DNA of 64,000 nucleotides, taken from assembly GCA_965238075.1 (NCBI GenBank), contig OZ250173.1:2272001-2336000 (forward strand), in the 5' to 3' direction. Position 1 is the stretch's first letter, and each line of letters begins with the position of its first letter. A model generated the notes under the pieces. It was given only the letters and a program-made list of their open reading frames with translations. It did no database searches and was not told the origin of the DNA. Shown here piece after piece: positions 1 through 9,022 of this stretch. The position numbers were made by a program, and so were the translations under genes. Origin of the DNA: Candidatus Entotheonellaceae bacterium. Its GTDB lineage: Bacteria; Tectomicrobia; Entotheonellia; Entotheonellales; Entotheonellaceae.

Positions 1-570
1 CGCTTGTCCATAAGTCCTGAACAGCATCAGGTCGGCCTCCCAGTGGCCGGGTGTGCGGCGCTCAGCGACCTCGGTCGGACGCTCCGCCAGGGGTCGTCTG
101 AGTTTGATGAAGGACGCCGGACTGCGGCCTTTGCGCCGCCGTCTGCCGCGTTTCGATTTGGCAAAGGGCAGATAGTGGCGCCAGGCGTAGTCGTTCTTGC
201 GGGCGAGTTGGGCATAGATGAAGCGGTAGATGGTCTCGTATGAGATAAGGCACTTGGTGGCCTGGCGGGCGAGCCTGCCGGCCACCTGTTGGGGCGACCA
301 GCCGAGCTTGAGGCAGGCCAGGAGGCGGTGTCGCAGGGCTGCATCGCGCTCAAGCTTTGAGCCGCGCCAACGCCTGGCGCGGGCCTGCTGGTCGGCATAG
401 CGGGGCTGGTAGCCGTGGGTCTTTGAGCCATGGCGTTTCAGCTCACGAGTAAGGGTTGATGGCTTGCGATCCAGACTTGCCGCGATTTGGCGCACTGAGT
501 GCCCCTCGGTACGTAATCGGGCAATGTGACATCGCTCCTCGATGTTGAGGTGTGTGTAGCAGAGTCCCAT
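1..570 (-). CDS. IS30-family transposase, N-terminal 190 aa (truncated by window edge)
   Basis: Manual translation, not in the ORF track: MGLCYTHLNIEERCHIARLRTEGHSVRQIAASLDRKPSTLTRELKRHG...GWSPQQVAGRL...ISYETIYRFIY...RRTPGHWEADL. Shows the HTH plus the WSP, ETIY and GHWEAD motifs typical of IS30. Confidence 0.93.
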   Translation of the reverse strand, partial: MGLCYTHLNIEERCHIARLRTEGHSVRQIAASLDRKPSTLTRELKRHGSKTHGYQPRYADQQARARRWRGSKLERDAALRHRLLACLKLGWSPQQVAGRLARQATKCLISYETIYRFIYAQLARKNDYAWRHYLPFAKSKRGRRRRKGRSPASFIKLRRPLAERPTEVAERRTPGHWEADLMLFRTYGQA

Positions 571-614
571 GGCAACACCTTAACAAAGTGTTGCACTTCG
601 TTTGTGATTCTAGG
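1..614 (-). mobile_element. IS30-family insertion sequence, partial (runs off window start)
   Basis: Transposase ORF plus a terminal sequence at about 588-614 that reads CCTAGAATCACAAACGAAGTGCAACAC on the minus strand, resembling the IS30 end TGTAGATTCAATTGGTCAACGCAACA. Confidence 0.85.
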
Positions 615-698
615 GAATCCAGCGGCCTTGATTTCAGTCTGGGTACAGGTTCTTGGTCGCCGGAAAGCCGCTGGACTCCGGCCTTCGCCGGAGTGACG
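615..698. repeat. CGTC-type REP doublet, left arm truncated by IS30
   Basis: Left remnant GAATCCAGCGGC; right arm CTGGACTCCGGCCTTCGCCGGAGTGACG. Same family as the copies at 10095, 17384 and 32975. Confidence 0.8.
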
Positions 699-718
699 GC
701 ACAGACTCTGGAGACCAC

Positions 719-1014
719 TCACACCAGATCATCATACAAGTCTTGCCAAGTCGGGTTCTGCTTCTCTATAAGCGTCACTTTCCACTTCCGTTGCCAGTTC
801 TTGATCTGTTTTTCCCAGCTGATGGCTGAGGCCATCTCGTCGTGCAGTTCAAAGTACACCAATGTATGGACGCCGTATTTCTTCGTGAACCCTTCGGTCA
901 CATCGTTTCTGTGCTGCCACACACGTGCGGGCAGGTTGCTGGTTACGCCTGTGTAAAGCGCGCCGTTACGGCGGTTGGCCAGGATATAGACGGCGGGGGC
1001 TGTTTGTTGGTCAC
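719..1014 (-). pseudogene. Small GIY-YIG nuclease, frameshifted at a 5-nt run (995-999)
   Basis: VTNKQP / AVYILANRRNGALYTGVTSNLPARVWQHRN...FTKKYGVHTLVYFE...EKQIKNWQRKWKVTLIEKQNPTWQDL. There is no in-frame start upstream of the AVY segment, so the GTG at 1014 needs a frameshift. Confidence 0.85.
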
Positions 1015-1058
1015 GCGATGCCTTGTGGATATCGGAGGACGCGCGCCGCTATCAATGG

Positions 1059-1715
1059 TTATGGCGGAAGCTCAAGACCTTGCCGGGCGCAGAAGTCGGC
1101 CAAGTCGCGCAGGGTGCGGACGCGGGCCTGGGCTTGCGGGTTGTCTTGCCGGCGCCGGTGGTGCGCCTCCGGGTCGGTGTCGAGGATGAGGGCGCCGTCT
1201 ACCAGGCTGACGTATTGAACACGGCGGCGGTCGGCAGCCGCAGGGGCAGCATTAGATTCGACCCGGCCGTCGGCAAGAATCGGCGGCTTGCCGGCGGCGA
1301 AACCACTGGCGATTTCGTCGGCGCGGTCGTTGCCGGGGTCGCCGCTGTGGCCGCGCACGTGCCGCCACTTGACCCGCCCGGGATCTTCGGCGTCCAACTG
1401 CCTCCACAGGTCGCGATTCTTGACCGGTGTGCGGCTGGCGGTCACCCAGCCCTTGCGTTTCCAGCCGGACAGCCATTTCGTCAGGCCGTTGATGACGTAT
1501 TGGCTGTCTGAGTACACGATGGCTGCCGCGCCCGGTTCGATGGCCTGCAGGGCCGCCAGCGCCCCTTGCAGTTCCATGCGGTTGTTGGTGGTCGCCGCCT
1601 CGCGGCCGCCCAGTTCGCGCACGGTGCCGTCGGGGTAGAGGATGCGCACGCCCCAGCCGCCGGGGCCGGGGTTGCCCAGGCAAGCGCCGTCGGTATACAC
1701 GAGGATGTCAGGCAT
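1059..1715 (-). CDS. rnhA: Ribonuclease HI with C-terminal extension
   Basis: Motifs YTDGACLGNPGPGGWG, TTNNRMEL, SDSQYV, VKNRDLW, HVRGHSG..GNDRADEIA. Confidence 0.95.
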   Translation of the reverse strand: MPDILVYTDGACLGNPGPGGWGVRILYPDGTVRELGGREAATTNNRMELQGALAALQAIEPGAAAIVYSDSQYVINGLTKWLSGWKRKGWVTASRTPVKNRDLWRQLDAEDPGRVKWRHVRGHSGDPGNDRADEIASGFAAGKPPILADGRVESNAAPAAADRRRVQYVSLVDGALILDTDPEAHHRRRQDNPQAQARVRTLRDLADFCARQGLELPP

Positions 1716-1877
1716 CGTTTTGTCACCTTGGCTCTTGCGAGCCGGCTGGGTTTGTGGGGTTTGGAGCGGCCTGGTTGACGACGACAAAGGGCTTGAAAAA
1801 CGGCAGAACCTGTATATCTTGAGGCGTTTTCCGAACCATCAGCACCGGACAGAAGACCATCAGAGGAGCTTACGCGA

Positions 1878-2390
1878 ATGGCGATTCGAACCGCAAACGT
1901 AATTATGCCAGGAAACGAGAACGCGTTCGACACGGGGGCGCGGGGCGCCTTGCCCAAACTGGCAGACCTCGAAGACAAATACCGCACCCTGCTGGAAGGG
2001 CCGGTCACCTGCACCCTGGCGACCATGATGCCCAATGGCAGGCCCCAGTTGACCCCCATCTGGGTGGCCCATGACGGCACGCATATCCTGGTGAATACCA
2101 AGAAGGGACGGGTCAAGGACGAGAACATGCGCGCCCGACCGCAGGTCAGCATCATGGCGGTGAACCCGGAGAATCCATACCACTGGATGACGATCAACGG
2201 CCGCGTCGTCGATATGATCGAAGAAACCGATCCTCAGCGGGGACATGAGGCCACGACCAACGTAAACGCCTTGTCCAAGCGCTACATCGATCAAGACCCC
2301 TATCCGTTGCGTGATCCGCGCGGCGAAGTGCGGGTGCTGTTCAAGGTGCTGCCGGAGTACATTATGACCTTCGGCCCGCCGCCGAGCTGA
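1878..2390 (+). CDS. PPOX-class (pyridoxamine-phosphate oxidase-like) putative F420-dependent oxidoreductase
   Basis: LATMMPNGRPQLTPIW...NTKKGRVKDENMRARPQVS pattern; AGGAG RBS upstream. Confidence 0.8.
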   Translation: MAIRTANVIMPGNENAFDTGARGALPKLADLEDKYRTLLEGPVTCTLATMMPNGRPQLTPIWVAHDGTHILVNTKKGRVKDENMRARPQVSIMAVNPENPYHWMTINGRVVDMIEETDPQRGHEATTNVNALSKRYIDQDPYPLRDPRGEVRVLFKVLPEYIMTFGPPPS

Positions 2391-2536
2391 GTTGGGGAAA
2401 CGCGCCAGGGGGCCGACATCGCGGTGCTTCTCAACGTGGTTCCTATGATGAAAACCGGTTCCCTGGGTTCCCGCCATAGGATTCCCTTGCGGGGACCGAA
2501 GATGTCGGACGAGACCGCGGGCCGGGAATTGCCCTC

Positions 2537-2842
2537 ATGAATTTTGAACCGGGCTTTGAATGGGATGAGGACAAAGATAGAGCAAATCAAGCCAAGCACG
2601 GCACCAGCTTCGAGGAAGTTTTGCCTATCTTCGACGGACCCACCCTCACGAAAATTGATGACCGGAGAGATTATGGCGAAATACGCCGGATCACCACGGG
2701 TATGCTCTTGCCGGATATCGTGTTAGTAGTGGCCCATCCGGACCGCGGCGGGAAGATTCGGCTCATTTCAGCCCGCAAAGCCAGTCGCCAGGAAAGGCAG
2801 GCATTTTATGACTATCTCGCGAAAGCGTCTGAAGGAAATTGA
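2537..2842 (+). CDS. brnT: BrnT-family toxin
   Basis: FEWDEDKDRANQAKHGTSFEE...DYGEIR...IRLISARKA. Confidence 0.9.
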   Translation: MNFEPGFEWDEDKDRANQAKHGTSFEEVLPIFDGPTLTKIDDRRDYGEIRRITTGMLLPDIVLVVAHPDRGGKIRLISARKASRQERQAFYDYLAKASEGN

Positions 2843-3062
2843 AGCCATACGGGACGAGGATATTGACTATAGCGATATCCCTGAAACCGATGCAGCGTTC
2901 TGGGCGGATGCGGAATTCCGTATGCCCCCGGCCAAGCAGGGTGTGTACGTGCAATTGGATCAGGACATCCTGACATGGCTCAAGGGCCAAGGACCCCATT
3001 ATCAGACTCGGATCAACACCATTCTGCGGGCCTATATGGAAGCCGACCGGCCGTCGTCATAA
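2808..3062 (+). CDS. brnA: BrnA-family antitoxin
   Basis: IDYSDIPE...LDQDILTWLKGQGPHYQTRINTILRAYM; overlaps the toxin gene. Confidence 0.9.
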   Translation: MTISRKRLKEIEAIRDEDIDYSDIPETDAAFWADAEFRMPPAKQGVYVQLDQDILTWLKGQGPHYQTRINTILRAYMEADRPSS

Positions 3063-3110
3063 CTGGACCATCTCCTCCGCCCCTTCCCGTGCGGCCACTG
3101 TGGCCCCCAA

Positions 3111-4157
3111 TCATTCCGCTTCCTCATTGATCCCGCGAACCAGGTCAATCGCACGACCCAGCGTTTCCAGCCGTTCGGCGAGGGTGTTGCCGGCGGGGTA
3201 GACGCGCAGCGTGGTGATGCCCGCGTCGCGCCAGGCGCGCATGCGCCCCCGGACCATGGTCTCGGGGCCGATCATCGTCGTTTCCAGCACCATCTCGTCA
3301 GGGACGCACGCGGCGGCTTCCTGGCGTTTGCCCGTCACCCACAGTTGCTGCACGCGGGTCGCCACGTCGGGCCAGCCTTGGCGGCTGTAAGCGTCGTTGT
3401 AGAAATTGGTGCTCGCCGAGCCCATGCCGCCGAGGGAGAACGCCAGGCCGCGTTTGCGCTCGGCGACCAAGACGTCGACGTCGTCGCTGAAGGCCACGTC
3501 GCCGCTTTGCGACAGATCCAGATCGGCAAGGTGACGTCCGGCGCGGGCGGCTCCGGCGGCCAGATGATCGGTGTAGGCCGTGGCGCCGCGCGGGATGAAG
3601 CTGGTGCCGATCCAGCCGTCGGCGAGCTCGCCGGTCAGTTCGAGCATTTTCGGCGCCAGGGTCGCCAGGTAGATGGGGATGTTGGGATTTGCCGGCTGGC
3701 TGAGGCGCAGCGCCTTGCCCTCGCCGCCGGGCCGCGGCAGGGTGAAATGCCTGCCCTGATAGGTGAGGCGCTCGCCGGCGAACGCCAGGCGGATGATGTC
3801 GATGGTCTCGCGCATGCGGCCCAGCGGGTGCGCGAACGGCTGGCCGTGCAACCCCTCGATGACCTGCGGGCCGCTGACTCCGAGGCCGAGGATGAAGCGG
3901 TTGTTGCACAGGCTGCTCAGGGTGAGGGCGGTCTGGGCGACCAGGGCGGGGGTGCGGATGCCGATTTGCAGGATGCCGCTGGCCAGCAGGATGCGCTCGG
4001 TTTTCGCCGCCAGGTAGCCCAGCGGGCTGACGCCGTCGGTGCCCCAGGCTTCGGCGACGAAGCACACCGCGGCGCCGAGGCGCTCGGCTTCCTGCACGTA
4101 GGTGACGGCGTCGTTCCATGAGCCGCCTGCGGCGCCAAGCTGGATGGCCACGCGCAT
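3111..4157 (-). CDS. LLM-class (luciferase-like) putative F420-dependent oxidoreductase
   Basis: AEAWGTD, RFILGLGVSGPQVIEGLHG, IPIYLATLAPKMLELTGELADGW. Confidence 0.88.
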   Translation of the reverse strand: MRVAIQLGAAGGSWNDAVTYVQEAERLGAAVCFVAEAWGTDGVSPLGYLAAKTERILLASGILQIGIRTPALVAQTALTLSSLCNNRFILGLGVSGPQVIEGLHGQPFAHPLGRMRETIDIIRLAFAGERLTYQGRHFTLPRPGGEGKALRLSQPANPNIPIYLATLAPKMLELTGELADGWIGTSFIPRGATAYTDHLAAGAARAGRHLADLDLSQSGDVAFSDDVDVLVAERKRGLAFSLGGMGSASTNFYNDAYSRQGWPDVATRVQQLWVTGKRQEAAACVPDEMVLETTMIGPETMVRGRMRAWRDAGITTLRVYPAGNTLAERLETLGRAIDLVRGINEEAE

Positions 4158-4159
4158 CG

Positions 4160-4654
4160 TCAGGCCCCTTGCTCGGCGGCGGCCTTCAGACCTTCGAGAG
4201 TGGCTTGCATGTTGCGGCGGATCTCGGCGCAGCGGGCGGCAACGATGTCTTCTTCCCGGTCGGGCCGTTCGGCAATGCGCGCCGTCAGGCCGGAGGGTCC
4301 CGGCCCCAGGCGCACGTGCTGCCGCACCCGCGTGCCGTCACCCTCGGGCTGCAGATCGAATCGCCACGTCGCGGCGGCGTTGCCGGGATCACTCACCGCC
4401 CAGGCGAGCGCTTGTCCCGGCACCGATTCGATGACCGTGGACTCACTTTCCCACGCCCGCTCGCCGCGCCTGTTGCGGCCCTTGAAACGCGCCCCGACGG
4501 CGGGCCCGGCGGCGCCGTCGAGCCAGTCGCCGCCCTGGTACTCGGGGCTCCACTCGCCCATGAGCGCGAGGTCGCCCACCAGTTCCCACACCCGCACCGG
4601 TGCTGCCTCTACCCAGATATTCACTTCAACGGCCGGTCCGTCCTGCATTCGCAT
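4160..4654 (-). CDS. SRPBCC / polyketide cyclase-like protein
   Basis: VWELVGDL..MGEWSPE...GARFKGRNR...W pattern. Confidence 0.8.
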   Translation of the reverse strand: MRMQDGPAVEVNIWVEAAPVRVWELVGDLALMGEWSPEYQGGDWLDGAAGPAVGARFKGRNRRGERAWESESTVIESVPGQALAWAVSDPGNAAATWRFDLQPEGDGTRVRQHVRLGPGPSGLTARIAERPDREEDIVAARCAEIRRNMQATLEGLKAAAEQGA

Positions 4655-4670
4655 GTTCGGCTTCCTTACA

Positions 4671-5762
4671 TCATCTTATCCGCGCTGCCATGACCACGCT
4701 GCCGGCCGCGAGACAGCCGTTGGCGCTCCAGGCCGCCAGCAACGGCGGGAGTTGCCCGTTGACGCCGAGAGCGATGGCGAAGGAGTGCAGAATCCAGTAG
4801 CTGAAACCGGCGGCCAAGGTCAGGGCGACGGCGCGAATCATGCCGCCGCTACGGTTGGAGAGCAGGGAAAGGGGCAGGCCGAAGCAGGCCATGAGGACGC
4901 CCACCGCGGCGAAGGCGATCTTGCCGTGGAACGCCACCCGATACAGGCGGTCCGGCACCCCTTGCTGCTGCAGGCGCCGGGCGTGCGCAAGGCTCTCCTG
5001 CAGGCTCATCTCGTCCGGTTCCTTGCGTACCGCGCCGATGTCCTCGGCGCGTTCCGTGAAGTCGACGCGCCGGACGCTGAACACCTCCGGGCTGGCGGCG
5101 AAATGGCCCTCCTCGTCGAAGGTGTGCCGCTGGCCCTCGTGCAGCGTCCAGCCGTCGGCGTCCCAGCGCGCCTCGGCGGCATCGTAACGCTGCCGAACGC
5201 GCCCAGTGTCGTCCACCTCGAAGATAGTAACGTTGAGCAGGCGTTGTTCCAGCGGCAGGCCGCGCTTGATGCTCCAGATTCGCTGGGCGCTACGATACCA
5301 GATGTGCCCGCGCTGAAACAGGCCCTGGCCCAGGTCCATCTTGGCGTGGCGAACGCGGGTGCGCCAGATCAGGTTGGCGGTGTGATTGGTGTGCGGCACC
5401 AAGTAGACCTGCGCCAGCAGCATGGCCAGGCACACGGCGCCGCCCGGCACGACCAGCGGCCAGGCGAGGCTCAGGGGGGAGCGGCCTGCCGCGCGGATCG
5501 CCACGATTTCGTTGTTCTTGTTGAGGGTGCTGAAGGTGAGCACCGAGGCGAGCAGACAGCCGATCGGCGCCATCTGGTAGAGAATGCCGGGCAGCTTGAA
5601 TGCCAGGTAGCGCGCCGCGTCGTACCACAGGACTTGCCGCTCGATGAATTCGTCGATGCGGTCGAAGATTTCCACGACCAGAAACAGGGCCGTGCACAGG
5701 CCCAGGCTGGCGGCGAAGTAGGTCACGAAGTAGCGGCAGACGTAGCGGCTGAACAACGACAT
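4671..5762 (-). CDS. lptG: LptF/LptG-family LPS export permease
   Basis: Multi-TM protein of about 363 aa with LNKNNEIVAIRAAG and PPLLAAW motifs; start chosen at MSLFSRY. Confidence 0.85.
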   Translation of the reverse strand: MSLFSRYVCRYFVTYFAASLGLCTALFLVVEIFDRIDEFIERQVLWYDAARYLAFKLPGILYQMAPIGCLLASVLTFSTLNKNNEIVAIRAAGRSPLSLAWPLVVPGGAVCLAMLLAQVYLVPHTNHTANLIWRTRVRHAKMDLGQGLFQRGHIWYRSAQRIWSIKRGLPLEQRLLNVTIFEVDDTGRVRQRYDAAEARWDADGWTLHEGQRHTFDEEGHFAASPEVFSVRRVDFTERAEDIGAVRKEPDEMSLQESLAHARRLQQQGVPDRLYRVAFHGKIAFAAVGVLMACFGLPLSLLSNRSGGMIRAVALTLAAGFSYWILHSFAIALGVNGQLPPLLAAWSANGCLAAGSVVMAARIR

Positions 5763-5847
5763 GGGGGATTCCGTTTCGGCTTTCGGAATGGTGGGGACGT
5801 TGGCGGCTGTTGTAGGTCGGATTAGCGCAGCGTAATCCGACATTCCG

Positions 5848-6498
5848 CTATGCGCTGCGGCAGACGCAATAGATGACCTTGACGTTGTCGGCGTAATCCG
5901 CATTGCCGGGCAGATATACCTGGGGCTCGGAGACCGAAACCGGCGTCCATGTCCCCTCATCGGCCAGCGTTTGCATCACGCCGGCGACGTCACGTTCGTT
6001 GAACAGATCCTGCCGCTGCGTAAAGGCCACCAGGCCGCCCGGTTGTACGACCCGGCAAAATTCCCGCATGATGGTGGCCGTGTCCGGGATGTAGGTCAGC
6101 ACGCCCACACACTGCACGGCGGTGAATTCGTCGGTCTCAAGCGGCAGGGGCATCTGTTGCAAGTTGACCTGGAGCAAACGCTCGTAGACTCCGGCTTGCG
6201 CGGCCACGTCGAGCGACGCCTGGGAGATGTCAATACCCGTCAGGCGCCGGAAACCGGCGGCGTGCAGCGCTTTGCCGGACAGGCCGGTGCCGCAACCGGC
6301 GTCCAGAACGCGACCATCCGGCGGCACCTCTTGCTTGAGCATCGTTGCCACAATCGTAGGACTCTGGTAATTCCATTGCGCCAGGGTCTGGTCGTAGTTT
6401 CCGGCCCAGGCATCGTAATACGCCGCGGTTTCCTGACTGTCGGTGCTGAGCTTGGTGAGCCAACTGTGGTCGTTGGGCTTGGGAGGTGATGCGGTCAT
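5848..6498 (-). CDS. Class I SAM-dependent methyltransferase
   Basis: YYDAWAGNYD and VLDAGCGTGLSG motif I. Confidence 0.88.
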   Translation of the reverse strand: MTASPPKPNDHSWLTKLSTDSQETAAYYDAWAGNYDQTLAQWNYQSPTIVATMLKQEVPPDGRVLDAGCGTGLSGKALHAAGFRRLTGIDISQASLDVAAQAGVYERLLQVNLQQMPLPLETDEFTAVQCVGVLTYIPDTATIMREFCRVVQPGGLVAFTQRQDLFNERDVAGVMQTLADEGTWTPVSVSEPQVYLPGNADYADNVKVIYCVCRSA

Positions 6499-6605
6499 AG
6501 CGTCTCCATGCGCCGTAGCGTCCTGTTTTCTGTGCGTCGTCCTCGTGCCATATTACCCAGGGTTCAAGAATCCGGTCAAACTTCCGATTCGAGAGGCATG
6601 TTTTC

Positions 6606-7217
6606 ATGAACCAGCCCCGCTCGCCCGTGTTTACCATCGGACACTCGAATCACGCCGCCGAGGTGTTTCTGGGTCTCCTGCTCAGGCACGAGATTGAAGA
6701 GGTCGTGGATGTCCGGTCATCGCCGCATAGCCGGTACAATCCCCAATTCAACCGGAAGACCTTGCAGGCTGCGCTGTCGGAAGCGGGTGTCGGCTATGGG
6801 TTCATGGGCGTGGAACTTGGCGGGCGGCCGACGGACCCTTCGTGCTACGACAGCGAGGGGCGGGTTCAATACGACCGGTTGGCGGAAACGGATGCGTTCA
6901 AGGAGGGTATCCGGCAGGTCATCCAACGAACGGGCGAACGCCGCATCGCGCTGATGTGCAGCGAGAAGGAGCCACTGGATTGTCACCGGACGCTGCTGAT
7001 TGCCCAGGTTTTGACGGCGCGAGACCTTGGCATTGGGCACATTCTCGCCGACGGTGATCTGGAAAGCCACGCCGCTGCCGTGGACCGCTTGTTGGACAGG
7101 TTCAAATTACCCAGAGAAGGTGACATGTTCCGCTCCAGGGAACAGCTCATTGCGAACGCGGTGAGCAGACAGGCGGGGAAGGTGGCGTATGTCGGCAGAC
7201 CGCCGGGCATCGTTTAA
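6606..7217 (+). CDS. DUF488 domain protein
   Basis: FTIGHSNH, VDVRSSPHS, LGGRP, ALMCSEKEPLDCHR. Confidence 0.88.
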   Translation: MNQPRSPVFTIGHSNHAAEVFLGLLLRHEIEEVVDVRSSPHSRYNPQFNRKTLQAALSEAGVGYGFMGVELGGRPTDPSCYDSEGRVQYDRLAETDAFKEGIRQVIQRTGERRIALMCSEKEPLDCHRTLLIAQVLTARDLGIGHILADGDLESHAAAVDRLLDRFKLPREGDMFRSREQLIANAVSRQAGKVAYVGRPPGIV

Positions 7218-7226
7218 TTTCAATGC

Positions 7227-7263
7227 ATAGTTTAAAGCTATTATAGAGATAGTTATTATGTAT
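7227..7263 (+). promoter_or_regulatory. OxyR-type operator upstream of katA
   Basis: ATAG-tttaaag-CTAT-tatagag-ATAG-ttattat-GTAT matches ATAG-N7-CTAT-N7-ATAG-N7-CTAT with one mismatch, inside an AT-rich island. Confidence 0.85.
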
Positions 7264-7380
7264 TTTACTTATAATTGATGTATCGCTACCTTCCTCCTCA
7301 GCACAACAACGTGACCCCCGACAGCTTCGACCCAGGGGCCTTGCAACCGCGTGATTCTCAACCGCTGAGGAGACGACATC

Positions 7381-8874
7381 ATGAGTCACCATCATCATAT
7401 CCTGACCACGGCCGACGGTTCGCCCATTGCCGATAATCAAAACGCCCTGACCGCTGGGGCGCGCGGCCCGCTGCTCATGCAGGACGTGCAGCTTCTGGAG
7501 CAAATGCAGCATTTCAACCGCGAGCGCATCCCGGAGCGCGTGGTGCATGCGAAGGGCTCTGCGGCGTACGGCACCTTTACGGTCACCAACGACGTGACGC
7601 GCTACACGCGCGCCGCGTTTCTCTCCGAGGTCGGCAAGGAAACCGAGACGTTTCTGCGCTTTTCCACCGTGGCCGGCGAGCGCGGCGCGGCGGACGCGGA
7701 GCGCGACGTGCGCGGCTTTGCGCTGAAGTTTTACACCGAGCAGGGCAACTGGGACATGGTGGGCAACAACACCCCGGTGTTCTTCGTCCGCGACCCCTAC
7801 AAGTTCGCCCAGTTCATCCACACCCAGAAGCGCCATCCGCAAACGAACCTGCGCGACATGAATATGCAATGGGACTTCTGGTCCCTGTGCCCGGAATCCC
7901 TGCATCAGGTGACGATCCTCTTTTCGGACCGCGGCCTGCCCAGGTCGTACCGGCACCTCAACGGCTACGGCAGCCATACGTACAGCCTCATCAACGCGGC
8001 CGGCGAACGGGTGTGGTGCAAGTTCCATTTCAAGACGCTGCAGGGCATCGCGTGCCTCACTGACGCCGAGGCGGGCGCCTTGACGGCAAGGGACCGAGAG
8101 TCGCACCAGCGCGACCTCTTCGAGGCCATCGAGCGCGGTGATTTTCCGCGCTGGCGTTTCTCCATTCAGGTCATGACTGAGGCGCAGGCCGAGGCGTTTG
8201 CGTGGAATCCGTTTGATCTCACGAAGGTCTGGCCGCACGCGGACTTTCCGTTGATCGAGGTGGGTATTCTGGAACTCAACCGCAACCCGCAAAACTATTT
8301 CGCCGAGGTGGAGCAGGCGTCGTTCAGCCCCAGTGCGACCGTGCCCGGCATCAGCTGGAGCCCCGACAAAATGCTCCAGGCGCGCCTGATGAGCTACGCC
8401 GACGCCCACCGCTACCGGGTCGGCAACAACTATCAGCAGCTGCCGGTCAACCGCCCGCGCTGCCCGGTGATGCATTACCAGCGCGACGGCGTCATGTCGC
8501 TGGGACAGGGCGGCAGCGCCACCCATTACTTCCCCAACAGCGACGACACGGCACCGAAGGATCAACCGGAATACAAAGAGCCGGCGCTGCCGCTGGGCGA
8601 CGTGGCGGTGGACCGCTACGACTCGCGTGAAGATCATGACGATTTCACCCAGGCGGGCAATCTCTACCGCCTCATGCCGCCGGACGAGCAGGAGCGGTTG
8701 CACAAAGCCATCGCCGGGGCGCTCGGACAGGCAAGGCCGGATATCCAAATGCGCCAGCTCTGCCACTTCTTCCGGGCCGATACCGACTACGGACGCGGGG
8801 TGGCGCAAGCGCTCGGTCTGGACATCACGGAGATCGAATCGAGGCTGGTGGCGGATGCCATGGCCCTGGTCTAG
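7381..8874 (+). CDS. katA: Monofunctional heme catalase
   Basis: [15 protein letters not shown] (distal His), [33 protein letters not shown] (proximal Tyr). Confidence 0.97.
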   Translation: MSHHHHILTTADGSPIADNQNALTAGARGPLLMQDVQLLEQMQHFNRERIPERVVHAKGSAAYGTFTVTNDVTRYTRAAFLSEVGKETETFLRFSTVAGERGAADAERDVRGFALKFYTEQGNWDMVGNNTPVFFVRDPYKFAQFIHTQKRHPQTNLRDMNMQWDFWSLCPESLHQVTILFSDRGLPRSYRHLNGYGSHTYSLINAAGERVWCKFHFKTLQGIACLTDAEAGALTARDRESHQRDLFEAIERGDFPRWRFSIQVMTEAQAEAFAWNPFDLTKVWPHADFPLIEVGILELNRNPQNYFAEVEQASFSPSATVPGISWSPDKMLQARLMSYADAHRYRVGNNYQQLPVNRPRCPVMHYQRDGVMSLGQGGSATHYFPNSDDTAPKDQPEYKEPALPLGDVAVDRYDSREDHDDFTQAGNLYRLMPPDEQERLHKAIAGALGQARPDIQMRQLCHFFRADTDYGRGVAQALGLDITEIESRLVADAMALV

Positions 8875-9022
8875 GGAGGTGTGAGCAGGTCGCCAAAACG
8901 CGACCGGGTTCCGTATGAATAGCCGATGCCTTCTGTTGGCCAGCCCGGGACACGACCTCTCCGCCGGGATAAGGTAAATTGGCCGACAGGGGTTAGCATC
9001 GGTGGAACTTCATCGGACCTCT

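Noticed and set aside
2391-2536. Possible riboswitch between the PPOX gene and brnT
   Set aside because: Some hairpins and GGGAA are present, but I could not place the conserved cobalamin or TPP core elements.
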